Assembly: GCA_001244265.2 (NCBI GenBank)
Contig: CDLV01000011.1
Location: forward strand, 62,001-126,000
Direction: 5' to 3'
Origin: Microbotryum violaceum
Taxonomy: Eukaryota
DNA: 64,000 bases
Positions 38,851 through 50,198 of the stretch are shown piece by piece; within the stretch, counting starts at the first letter, position 1, and each line of letters starts with the position of its first letter. The position numbers and the translations under genes were made by a program. The notes under the pieces are model-generated. The model was not told the DNA's origin and searched no databases. It was given only the letters and a program-made list of their open reading frames with translations.

Positions 38851-39233
38851 TGCAGGAGAGTATATTACAGTCTCATCCCACTAGGATTCCCTATTTCGAT
38901 TAGATTAGTTACTCGTTGTTGGTATTGGTTTCTTAGCGCGCCCCGATGTAATACTCCGTAGTTACTCCAGGCAGCTCCTGGCAGCTCAAGGCCTGACGCG
39001 CGTCTAGCCTTAAGCCTTGTCGGGAAGTAGACTCTCTCTTCCCTTCTGATCAGTTTATTCTTTGGAATACATACTCGTATCCTATTACTTGCAAGGCCCC
39101 ACGACTGAGCCTTACACCCGAGCCTGCCTCGCGCGCGCCTTCATAGCTCTTCTCTCCTTTCTCCAACTATCTTTACTATCATCTTCGGCTCTCGTACTTA
39201 TGTATCTCGTGCCTGGGCTTCAGGGTTCTGAAA
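38851..39233 (+). repeat. 5' LTR (383 bp, TG...AA)
   Basis: Begins TGCAGGAGAGTATATTAC and ends CAGGGTTCTGAAA; both ends match 40069-40275. Confidence 0.9.
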
Positions 39234-39246
39234 GATTATGGGCCCA
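39234..39246 (+). other. Primer-binding site (internal tRNA-iMet half type)
   Basis: GATTATGGGCCCA directly after the LTR, one mismatch to the GGTTATGGGCCCA PBS of Drosophila copia / Ty5-type elements. Confidence 0.8.
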
Positions 39247-39276
39247 ACCGACCTACCAGAGGCGGACGACAACAAC

Positions 39277-39760
39277 ATGGCCGCCACCACCACCAACGTC
39301 GAGCCATACCAACGATGTCGACTTAACCCTCAACACCGTCACACTTACACGTGCACAATTTGACGAGCTGGTCAGGAATCAGCGAACCCACGATAACGAC
39401 GCCATCACGAACCGCCACCTGCTACCCCCCACCAATCCTCCGGCCTTCCCCGACGATTCCAAGCTCACAGAGGACAATTACATCGACTGGGACCTCACCA
39501 TGCCCCTCACCGTGGCCCTTGAAGTCTGCGCTTACCTACGCAGAGGTACGATTGACCGTGTGCTCCTCCACTTTGTGAAGTTGCATCGCAAGGAGAACGA
39601 CTTTGGTAGCGATGCGATTCGCCTGATGCTACGAAGGCCACCATCGGCCCGATCGCCCAGATGAGGGGCTCTGCGCACGCCCGCTGGCTTGCCCTCGCCG
39701 CGCATCGCTGCCGAGGTCGTTCTCCTTGCGATGCAACTTCACAAAGTGGAGGAGCACACG
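39277..39760 (+). pseudogene. Rearranged, frameshifted Copia gag fragment
   Basis: ATG 39277 is out of frame with [21 protein letters not shown]. The hairpin loop encodes SAHARWLAL, which resembles the A..LW..L gag motif. Confidence 0.7.
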
Positions 39761-39926
39761 GTCAATCGTACCTCTGCGTAGGTAAGCGCAGACTTCAAGG
39801 GCCACGGTGAGGTCCCAGTCGATGTAATTGTCCTCTGTGCGCTTGGAATCGTCGGGGAAGGCCGGAGGATTGGTGGGGGGTAGCAGGTGGCGGTTCGTGA
39901 TGGCGTCGTTATCGTGGGTTCGCTGA
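39379..39926. repeat. Near-perfect long inverted repeat (arms 39379-39616 and 39701-39926, 84-bp loop)
   Basis: Arms are reverse complements apart from 4 substitutions and one 12-bp indel (ATGCCCCTCACC, present only in the left arm), counted by eye. Confidence 0.97.
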
Positions 39927-39929
39927 GAG

Positions 39930-40030
39930 AGAGATCGAGGTTCGCTACATCGACACCGGCAGCATGTTTACCGACATCTTCACCAAAGCCTTGGGTCCCA
40001 AGCCGTTCCTATTCTTCGGGAAAACTTGGG
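39930..40030 (+). pseudogene. Copia RNase H C-terminal remnant
   Basis: [29 protein letters not shown] matches the Ty1/Copia I...YI.T..M.ADIFTKAL motif. Confidence 0.85.
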
Positions 40031-40058
40031 TTCACGGGTGCAGTGGTATGACAGCACC

Positions 40059-40068
40059 GGGGGGGGGG
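40059..40068 (+). other. Polypurine tract
   Basis: G10 run directly before the 3' LTR. Confidence 0.8.
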
Positions 40069-40275
40069 CGTCAGAGAGTATATTACTGTCTCATTCCATT
40101 AGGATTCCCTATTTTGATTAGTTACTAGTAGTTGCTAGTTGTTGGTATTGGTTGTCTAGCGCGCCTCGAGCCTGCCTCGCGCGCGTTTCCATAGCTCTTC
40201 TCTCCTTTCTGCAACTATCTTTACTATCATCTTCGGCTCTTGTACTTACGTTGCCCGGACGTCAGAGTCCTGAAA
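40069..40275 (+). repeat. 3' LTR (207 bp; ~175-bp internal deletion relative to the 5' LTR)
   Basis: CGTCAGAGAGTATATTAC...GTCCTGAAA; lacks the equivalent of ~38947-39121. Confidence 0.9.
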
Positions 40276-40348
40276 CCAACTAGCTTGGAGACTACCCTTC
40301 GTTGCTCGACCTCCACCCACTCGATCACTCACCGTACACCGTCTCACC

Positions 40349-40954
40349 ATGTCGATGGGTCGTCCTCGCGATGGCATCCCGCCCGTGCCACAACACATGA
40401 AGATTGCCGAATATCAAAACACCACTCCAGCACCATTGACGTAGGTAGGATCCTCCTTCAGTGGTGGTGCCTGATTGCTAATGGATCTGCTCTTATCGCT
40501 CGCTCGGGTTCATCGTCGCTGCCTTTCTTCTGAACGATCGGGTCAATAGTGGCGTGTTGATCAAGATGGGCCTCTTTACCTTGGCCATGGTCATCCTCCC
40601 CATCGGATCGTACTACGTCTCGAGGGATTATTACTTTGGCAGTACGGTCTTCTCCTAGGTTGTCCAATCAACCCACGGCGCACTGACGTCCTGGATCTGT
40701 CGTTCTACTCTCTCTTTCTCGATTCAGCCAACCTCGCCGGTGCAGGAATGACGGCAGCAACGGTAGCGAACTTGATTCTCGGTGCGTTCGTCGTCATGGC
40801 TATTAGGGAAGACGGTGGAGAACCGCAAGCACCTATGACGTCGGTGGAGGTAGAGACCGGATCTGGACCAGGCAGCGGGAGTGCGACGACGACGGGTTTG
40901 AGTGAGGGGATATTATCCAAGGAGGGGAAAGCTTTGAGGGAGAGGAAGAAGTAG
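40349..40954 (+). CDS. VMA21: V-ATPase assembly factor Vma21 (3 exons)
   Basis: Spliced product GVLIKMGLFTLAMVILPIGSYYVSRDYYFGTNLAGAGMTAATVANLILGAFVVMAIRED has the two-TM Vma21 signature; C-terminus ERKK. Confidence 0.88.
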
Positions 40955-41525
40955 GCTGCGGCTTGGGTTTGGAGGTTTGTATGAGTAATGGCAAAGATAA
41001 CACAAGAGTTCAGCACCCGAGGGAAGGGGCCGAGGCTCGCAAGGCGCCAACGAGATCACGTGAAGGTTGGCTCAAGAGTGGGTCACGGGAACTCTGAAAG
41101 AGTACTGTTTCAGAGAATGCTCCTAGGGGAGAAGAAAGCGTTCGGACTCGAGTAAAAGTACTTGCCGACTTACTGCGCCGCTCGTCACGAGACCGGGGAA
41201 TTGGTAGTGCAGCACAATTCATGCCGAGGCCCGGCCTGCTCGGCTCCTGCCGAAACGATGCCGCCGCCGCGGAGCCCCGCATTTTCCGGCTGGAACAATG
41301 ACACTGGAAGTCACCGAGGTCCGACCCCACGACGGCTCGACCGTTGACGCAGGGTGTCCGTCCGTTGTCGGCTTAGTAAATTATGTGTTCTACAGTCGAG
41401 ACCGAACAGGGTTTGACTCGGCGTTCTCTTCCTGCAACTACACTTGACCTGCTTCGCAGTTGCCACACAAGCCCTTCCTCCCGCGTAACGCACTGCCACT
41501 CCCTCGCCCCACCCGCATCGCCATC

Positions 41526-43194
41526 ATGCCCCCCGCTGCTCGCGCGGTGTTCCCCATCGAACCGTTCCCGTCAGACCTCGAGACCCACCCATTGCTCGTG
41601 GTCGACTACACCAAGATCGCATCCCGAGACCAGGCCGAAATCGACCAATTGTATAAGGCATGCACTTCGATCGGATTCTTCTACCTCAAGAACCACGGCG
41701 TCGACCCTGAGCCCATGTTCGCCGTCGGGGAGGACACTTTTGACCTTCCCCTCGACTACCTCGACCAGTTCGAGCAAGGAGATTCGGGCATGAGTGCCGG
41801 CTTCAAACGGGCTGGCGCGTCTAACGTCGATGCAAAGGGTAACACTGATACGGGTCAGTCCTGCCAGATCATCACTCAACGTTTAGCTGCGAGCTCTTTC
41901 CTGCACTAGCCCACGCTTGAGCTCGTTAGGGGCCCCTGCTTGAAGCGCCCGAATAATTTCCCCGGATGAGGAGTCTTTCGTTCACACGGCTTCAAAGAAT
42001 TGGCTCAAGCGCACGCTGCTAACCGTCGGTCCGGTTCATGCATCCCATTTCCACTAGTCATGTTCATGAACGTTAACAAACATGACGCGCTCAATTTCCC
42101 CGACGTGTACCAGCGCACGTACCCCTCCACCTGCGTCGACAACATGGCGACCATCCGCAGCTTCGTCCGTCAAAGCGATACCGTGCTCAAGGATGTGATG
42201 AAGGCCCTTGAGAGCTCGCTTGAGTTGCCGGAAGGTACCTTTGATAAGCTTCATACCGATAAGGAGGTTAGTGGGAGTGAGGTCAGGGTGATCAAGAAGG
42301 CCGTTCCGGGCGAGGCGGGATACCGTGCTGAAGGGGTCGGGGAGAATAACGAGCCGGCGGCTGCGATCGGTCAGTATCAATCAATTACTTGGCGCATTCA
42401 AGAGCTTGATTGCTGATATTGTCTCGACTCGTTTGCTCCCAGGTGCCCACACCGACTTTGGCTCCTGTGAGTATCTCACTCTTCGGTCGGCGCGACCCAA
42501 GCGCCAACTCTGACTCGAGTTGCTGCCTTGCAGTGTCGATGCTCCACAGCCGAGGAACTGGTGGACTTCAAGTCTTGACACCTGGCGCGAGCAAGTGGGT
42601 CCATATCAAAGTGAGTGGAGACTCTCAAGTGTCATTGTCGATGGGTCGCCGGTAGCTGACAACGGCCGAGTTCGCATTCTCTGCGTTAATGTAGCCCCTC
42701 GCCGGCCATGCCGTCGTCAACGTCGGTGATACCTTGTCGGTCTACACTGGCGGTATCTTGTGAGATGGATCCTTTTACCTTGGTTTATCAACACAATTGA
42801 ATTGTGCTTATATTCCAATCCCTCCTCCCCACTAGCCGCTCCAACATCCATCGCGTGATCCCCCCACCCCCACCCCAAGACAAATACACGCGCTGGTCGC
42901 TCGTTTACTTCATCCGCCCGACCTTCGAAGCGGCCTTGTTCCCCCTCTCCGACTTGTCCCCCAAGATCGCCCGAGTTGCAGAGGAGAACCCGGCGATGAA
43001 GGCGATTGAACCGGGTCAGACGGCGGGGTCGTGGTTCAAGAGGAGGGTTTCGAACCAGAGGACGGCGAATAGGAAGGGGCCTGAGACGTGGACGCAGAGT
43101 CGTGGGACGGAACGTGAGTACCAAAGTGACGGTCATAAATCTTCCCGGAATCTGATGCTGTTCTTTGACCACAGACACTCCCACTGCTGCCTGA
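41526..43194 (+). CDS. 2-oxoglutarate/Fe(II) dioxygenase (DIOX_N + 2OG-FeII_Oxy, IPNS-like)
   Basis: LYKACTSIGFFYLKNHGVD; GAHTDFGS (HxD); GGLQV; AVVNVGD; RSNIHRV (distal His); RWSLVYF (RxS). Confidence 0.9.
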
Positions 43195-43406
43195 GCGGCG
43201 CTAGCCCTTCCTCTTTGTCGCCGGTGGGCAGCCCACTTGTCTTGTTGCGATGTCTCTACTCTCCGAATCGATGCGCACCAATCAGTCTTGTTCATACGCT
43301 ATCACACACACTTCCTGCAACGATACATACATATCACAAAACTAGCACATACTCATAGCTCCAGAAGTACAAACAACAAGATTGTCATATACGCTTCATT
43401 TCCTAT

Positions 43407-46400
43407 CTACCTCTTCCGCGCCGCCGTGCTCTTCTTCGCTACTCCACCCATCCCATTCATCCCCTTTAACCTCACCGCATTCTTCGCCCCTTCAACAAAG
43501 TATTGCCCCGTCTTTTCATTGCCCATCTTGACCCACTCGAGCTTGTTCAACAACACCAATTCCTTGACCGCCTCATTGACCAAATGACTCTTCCTCCCCA
43601 CTTGTTCCCACACCTCATCATGGAGCATCGCGCCTCGAATCTGTTCCTCGATGACGGAGACGTGTTGGCGGGCTTTCCATGTCGCGGCACAGGATTCGAT
43701 CGAGGCGGTGTAGAGGTTGGTGATGATTCGGTAGACGGGGACGAGGAGGGAGGTTGTCGTGACGAGTTGATATGTTTGAACGCGACGAGTGGGAGGGGAG
43801 AGCCAAGGGTATGACTTGCGGGGAGGAGTTTTAATGATAGATGGGACCGTTACACGAGCGTTCCGATATGGGCATGCCTCCTCGTCTTTCTCGGGGGTAC
43901 CGAATGTCATGACGAATCGTTCATCGTTGTCTTCGTGATTGCCTTTGTTTGCTCGATGCTCGCCGAGCGGGCTGGGACTTGCTTCTTGCGCATGGGACGA
44001 AGACGTTTCGGGCGAGGAGGTGAAACCTTCGAGTGCCAAAGGATCCCGTGCCTTTGTTCGTTTCAATGGGATCTTCTTGCTTGGTTTTCCCCACTGAGGT
44101 TGGTCCGGTAGATCCTCTGGGATCGGCTTGTGTTCAGGTTCAGGATCGAGTAATCGTGCGAGGGCGCCCGGATCCTCTTGCTCGGGCGTGAGGATGATCT
44201 CGCCTTGCTGCCTCAACCGAATCAGCGCCGCCGTAAAGGCCGAGTTAATGGCCTTGTCCAACCTTTCCCCGTCCAGCATGGCCTCGGTCTCTTGGGTCTC
44301 GCGCTTCGATCTCCTCGAGCTCTTCCCACTCCCAACCATCCCCTCTTTCAACCCAGCATTCAAGAACCACGCCGATCCTCCCCGACTGCCAGGAGGAGCC
44401 AACAGCGTGACCCCATCCTCGTACCACCTCGCCTTCTCCACCCAAGCCGTCTTCTTATTCCCCTTCAGTATTCTCTCCTGCTTGATCATCCTAACCCTCT
44501 TCATCTCCATATGTTGAATCCTAACCATCCTCGTCGCGAATTTAATCAAATCCCGATCTCGCTTCAACTCGTCCAACGTAAACTCGATAGGAATCTCAGG
44601 ATCCGAAGGTACCTCTCCAAAATTCGCCGCACAAAAGTTGTCATCCTCATCCTCAAATGTCCGAGTCCCAAGTTCGACAAAGTGTCTCTTCAAATGAAAC
44701 TTTATGTAGTGCGCAAAAGTCGAAGACGTCAAATCTTCCGGTAATAACTTTGAAGCTCGAGGAAGGCGATATTTTTTAGGCGTTGAAGGAGGTGTCGATA
44801 ACGCATCGCTCGTGGTATCGGCGAGGGAGAGGTCGGTTTGGTGAATCTCTTCGAATCGGAGTGCGAGGTTGAAGGGTCGCGAGTAGACGTGTTCGTGCAG
44901 TTCGTGGACGAGCAGTTGGTGCGTGATGAATGCGTTGGGGTCTTTGAGGGACTCTGTGAGCAGCCGTCACATATAAAGATGAGCATGAAGACTTCGAACG
45001 CTCCGCTCATTTACAGTTGACCCACCCATCTTGATGACGCTCAGATACCTCCTCCCGGCATAAGCCAGGCTCGCTTTTTCCACCCTCGCCAGCACTCTAA
45101 CGAGTGTGCCGACTTCGAACGTTGCATCAATCTCGTCCTCGGGTAAAGCGTCCAAGAGTTTGCGTTTTCGAACTTGCTTGATCGGGGAGGCTAGATATTC
45201 CTGGTGAGTTTCCCTGGGCAATGCGATCTGCGGTGGTCCTTCTTGGGTCGTACAAACGCAAGCGACAACGCCCGTGCCGTCATCGACTATGAAAGCAGCA
45301 AAGCAGCAGATGAGAAGCTGCTACCATCGAAGGTGTCGAGAACTCACCGTAGTAGACAAGTTTCTCATTCTTCCAATCATCCCCCACAATGGTCCCCACC
45401 ACGACGACCCTCTTGAGCGGAAACTCCTTGCCCAAGATGCACATCTCGACCCCTTCAACAAGGAGTTCGCTCATCCCTTGAACACTCATCTCATCCACGA
45501 CATCCTTGACCTTGACATTCGCGACAAAATGTTCCTTCTCCTCGATCCTCCGCTTGAGCTTATCGACATTGACGCGATCGTCGATCCAACTCGGTGAAAC
45601 CCAAGGTCTTGTCGGACGTTCCGTTCGAGGCCAGAAATCGTCTTCCTGCCGTCGACCTCTGCGAGTGCGCTTAAGAATTTTACGTCCTGCTTCGTCCCTT
45701 TGTTCGTACGTCGCCGGACCATGATTCACGACTTCGCATTGGAAGAGGATGGAAGGATCGAGGTGAGGATCGGAGATGAGATCTTTATCGAGTGAGGCAA
45801 GCTTGGCGTATACGGAGGGATGGAGTGCGGGGGCTGGTTTAGTACGAGGTGTAGATAATGAAAGGATCGTACCCGTGCTGGATGGACTGGGTTCAGGTGA
45901 CGAAGAGAGGAAGATGACCTCTATTGGTAATTCCGTAGGAGGTGCGGATGATGGCTGGGGTATTGTCGATTGCGGCGGGTATTGAGAAGCTCGTGGAGTT
46001 GATAATGGTGACGGTTCCACTTTCACCGCGTGGGGACGAGTCGGGGTGGTTGTTTGATCCACCGTCTTTATCTGAGGAAACCTGGGCGGTGATGATCTGT
46101 GCGGTGCTATGATCCGACTCGTCGACGCGATGGGCTGCTTCTCGGATGTCAATCTCGACGACGATGAAGCTGGAGGGAGCGACGGGGGCGGGAGCAGACA
46201 AGACGTGGTCCGACGATGGCCAAAGTCCATGGCGAATCCATCACCCGGCTGGAATCTTGACCTTTTGCGCTGGGTAGCTGTCGACGAGGGAGCGGACAAG
46301 CGAGAAGAGCTCGGCAATGAGGCCACCATCGACCCACTGGACGATGCTAACGACGACGACGACGACGAAGGGATGGGACGACGTGTGCTTTGAGACGAGG

Positions 46401-46695
46401 CTGGATGCCTGCTCGAGGTTGCCTTTCCAGAAGTCGGTCCGGCTTTTAATTTTTGGTTGCGTGGTCGCTCAGGAGGTGGCGACGACGAGGACGACGGCCG
46501 CGCGACGGACTTTGCCGGTCGACTGGAAGGCGCGTGCGACGACGACGCCGCGAAGGAGGATGATGTCAATAATCCTCGCTCAAGCTGTGTCGTGTGCGCC
46601 ACATGTTGACGCTGTGGTGGTGGAGGCGGATCTTGGTATACGTATGCTCGTTGGGTGTATATCTCGATCGGAGCTGGGTCAAAGCTGCTGCTCAT
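43407..46695 (-). CDS. STN1: CST telomere-capping subunit Stn1-like OB-fold protein (~1051 aa; introns 45287-45347 and 44954-45025)
   Basis: FPLKRVVVVGTIVG, Y|VDDGTGVVACVC, FEVGTLVRVLARV and DPNAFITHQLLVHELHEHVYSRPF match Stn1 OB-fold motifs; the spliced length is a multiple of 3. Confidence 0.75.
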
Positions 46696-47377
46696 GGTGA
46701 TGGTGTCACCGAAGCCTCCTGATGCGCGATGATCAACAGGAGTCGAATCGTTCAACACGCGCTGCAGTCGACCCAGCTGACAGGGTGACGTACAACAAGC
46801 AAACTGTCGATCCACTAGGACAGTATCGAGAGATAAGTAGGCATTGCGATGTTGGCAAGGTCGATGGGGATGGTGAGCGGTGCCGAGACAGGAAATAAGG
46901 AACAAGTGAAGAGGAGGCCAGCAGCACCTTCGTCGAGATGGCCGCGACGGCGAAGTATTATATTTGGCGATTTGGAGACGGCCTCTAGCCTTTGCTAATG
47001 GCAATTTCTGCTCGCGCGCCTCGCCGGGACCTGCCGGGACCGACCTGACCTCCGTCGCTCTTGCCTCCGCGGATTCCTCTTCGCACGTTGGCCATCCTCC
47101 CCAAGCCGACCTCGCTACATCAGACTATCCCCGCCTTTCGGTCGCAAACAGCGCTGCAGACTGCGATCCTCTCGCCACCCGGGTCGCCCTCTCAAAGCCT
47201 TACCACTGGCGTATACCCCCATTCACACCTCCGCCTTGACTCGATTTGGGAGACCGCAGGCAGGCAAGCCAAGATCACGTGCCCGATCCGTACTAATCGC
47301 TACTGCGAGCCCCGCCGCCGCGATCAACAAGCAGCCGCCAAGCCACGAAATCCTGCTCCGGAGCTCGCCGAAGCATC

Positions 47378-49833
47378 ATGTCGTGCTACTCGTGTGGAAA
47401 AGATACTTTGCTCGAAGTCGATGGTGCGAGGACTGTATGCACGCGTTGTGGAACCGTAGGTTTGGCCATCTCTTCTCTGCCAGCCACGCGATCATCCCCC
47501 GGGCGGGAATGCACCTGTCTGTACAAGAAACCTGACCTACGTCTTTCAAACAGGTCTTGGAAGAGAATGCGATCGTTTCCGAGATTACATTCGGCGAGAC
47601 CGGAGGAGGTGCCGCGATCGTACAAGGAAGTTATGTCGGCGCAGATCAAAGTCAGTGCCCGCTCTCGCGCTCGAAAGCATTGGGCTCAGGCTGACCAAAC
47701 TGCTGTTCTCCCGCATGTCTATGTAGCTCGAGCAAGGGCACCAGCGGGATATAGGAATGCCGGTGGACGACAAGAGTCGCGTGAACAGACCATGATCAAT
47801 GGTACGTCCCGTCCTGAGCCAAAGTCGATTTAAAAAAGCTCCTCCCCTCACGTGACCTTATTCTCTTGCTACAACATGCAATGCAGGTCGACGCCGCATC
47901 CAAGGCCTAGCCATCGCCCTCCACATCCCCGAACGTCTCGCCGATGCCGGACAACGTTACTTCAACCTGGCCGTGAACCTCAACTTCGTCCAAGGTCGAA
48001 GGACCCAATACGTCGTCGCGGCGTGCCTCTATTGCGCTTGCCGTATGGACAAGACCAGTCATATGCTTATCGATTTTTCGGACATGCTCGAGGTGAGCAG
48101 AGAACCCCTCACTTTAGCTCACTTTTTTTTTGTTGCATACTTATTCTCGTCTCTCTGTTTTGGAGCAGATTAACGTCTTCGTCCTCGGCTCAACCTACCT
48201 CAAACTCATCAAAGAACTCCAACTCCAACTCCCTACCGTCGATCCCTCACTGTACATCACCCGCTTCGCAGCCCTTCTAGAATTCGGAGAGGAAACGCAA
48301 AAAGTGGCTCAAGATGCCGTACGTCTCGTCGCTCGCATGGGAAGGGATTGGATGCATATCGGTCGACGACCTGCCGGCGTTTGTGGAGCCTGTCTTTTGC
48401 TCGCTGCGAGGATGAATAATTTTCGTCGTTCGGTAGCCGAGGTCGTTCAAGTGGTCAAGATTGCGGATACGACGCTCAAGAAACGTTTAGACGAATTCAG
48501 GGATACTCCTTCTGGTGCTTTGACGGTCGCTGATTTTAGAACGTTGTGGTTGGACGAGACGGCCGATCCACCGGCTTTCTTGATGAGTTTGAAGAAGGAG
48601 AAGGAGATGAGGGAAAAGGAGAGAAAGAGGAGGGAGACGACGGAGTTGGGGGAAGAGGAGGATGGGCAGGAGGCATTCGAGGAGTTGGCGAAGAGGATTG
48701 ATGAAGGGGGTGAAAGGGATCGGGAGCGACGGAAGCGTGGCGGCGGCGATGAGGAGTACGATGAGGAGGAAGAGGACGAAGAAGGCGACGAGCCGGGGGG
48801 AGGAAAGTCACGGTCTCCGTCAAAAGAATCTACCGCTTCGCATGCGGCGGAACTCATGCCTCCACCCGCGGTGCCCTCAAGTAAGGCGCTCGGGAAGCGA
48901 CGCCGCTTGTTCAACCCCGAAGAGAGCGACGACGACGATCAATCCGACAAGGACGCCGATGAAGAAGAGGAAGAAGCACAGAAAGACGCAGAACCGAACC
49001 CACTTCTCGAAGACAACGCCGATCTCGACGAGGCTATCATGGCCGAACTGTCAACGACCCTAGGTTCCAGAGCCGGCGTCGCCTTGACGGACGAACTGGA
49101 CAAGGTTGAGGCAAAACGACTCGAAGCCGCTTCGGCGATGACGAACCTCAGCCACGGTGGAAATCACGGTGGATCGGATCGACTCGATGATTTAGACGAA
49201 GACGAATTGGACGCCTTTATCCTCACGGAGGAAGAAGTTCAGGCCAAATCACGGCTCTGGATGCAGATGAACAAGGACTACCTTCAAGCTTTGGCGGATC
49301 GACAAACGGGTCCGGACGGGGAAATCAAACCTGCCCAAGCGCGAAGGGTACGCAAGCGGAATCGTCCGAGGGACTCGGCGACTGCCACGGGAGCCAACGC
49401 GGCTGAAGCGACGAAGCAACTCTTGACCAAGAAGAGGTTCTCCAAGAAAATCAACTATGCTGCTGTCGATGCCTTGTTCGAAAGGGACGATGATGATGCA
49501 GCTTCGTCCGTCGGTGGGGACGATCGAAGGGACGATGACGACGACGATGGGATCTTGTTTGGTCAACGTCATGGTCCCGCCAAGACGCAGAGGGGGATTA
49601 CTCCTACAGCGTATAGGAAAGGAACGCCGATCCTCACGCCCGCACCGACGTTCTCGTCGAGGCGAGGCACGCCCGCTTCAAATCGTGCAGGTTCGGTCCC
49701 GGTCACGCTTAGGGCAATCGAACCTGAGCCTGAGGAGGAAGCTGTGGAAGAGGATGCGGATGCGGATGGTTGGCGCAAGCAGCTTGGCGCTACGATGGGT
49801 GAGGATGACGGGTTCGCGGATGAATGGGCCTGA
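47378..49833 (+). CDS. BRF1: TFIIIB subunit Brf1
   Basis: Zn ribbon CYSCG..VCTRCGTVLEENAIVSEITFGE; FVQGRRTQYVVAACLYCACR; VDPSLYITRFAALLEFG; RMGRDWMHIGRRPAGVCGACL; KRFSKKINY. Confidence 0.96.
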
Positions 49834-49927
49834 GGTGGGGCATGGGGCAAATCGTTCTTCTGTTCGCGTTCCAATTCGTCTTGAGGTTTTGCGCTTTTCT
49901 TCTATTGGTTTGAGTAGTGCTTTGCTC

Positions 49928-49979
49928 GACGGCAGTGTTTGTGCTTGACGGTAGTGTTTGTGCTTGACGGTATTGTTTG
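49928..49979. repeat. 19-bp tandem repeat x2.7 in the BRF1 3' region
   Basis: GACGGCAGTGTTTGTGCTT / GACGGTAGTGTTTGTGCTT / GACGGTATTGTTTG. Confidence 0.85.
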
Positions 49980-50198
49980 ATGTACAATAATGGCAATCTG
50001 ACCTTTATCTCTTCCGATCACGTGAGCATGTGGGGACACCAAGTGGGATCAAAAAGGGATAGAAGTGCTGTGCTTTCCGTGCGACAAATTCTCATCTGTT
50101 TCTAGATCAATCCTGAGCTCTTGATCGCGCGTCGATGATCGATGATCGCCGGGTGCAAATGCCGAGTTTTTCAAACACCTATCCGCGGATATATACTT

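Larger units (their letters stand above)
38851..40275 (+). mobile_element. Internally deleted, non-autonomous Ty1/Copia LTR retrotransposon
   Basis: Two homologous LTRs; flanking 5-bp TSD CCAAT (38846-38850) / CCAAC (40276-40280); PBS; PPT; gag motif [10 protein letters not shown]; RNase H C-terminal motif [22 protein letters not shown]. Confidence 0.93.

Noticed and set aside
36445-43194. FAD oxidoreductase plus dioxygenase as a secondary-metabolite cluster
   Set aside because: No PKS, NRPS or terpene synthase; interleaved with housekeeping genes (VPS5, VMA21, STN1).
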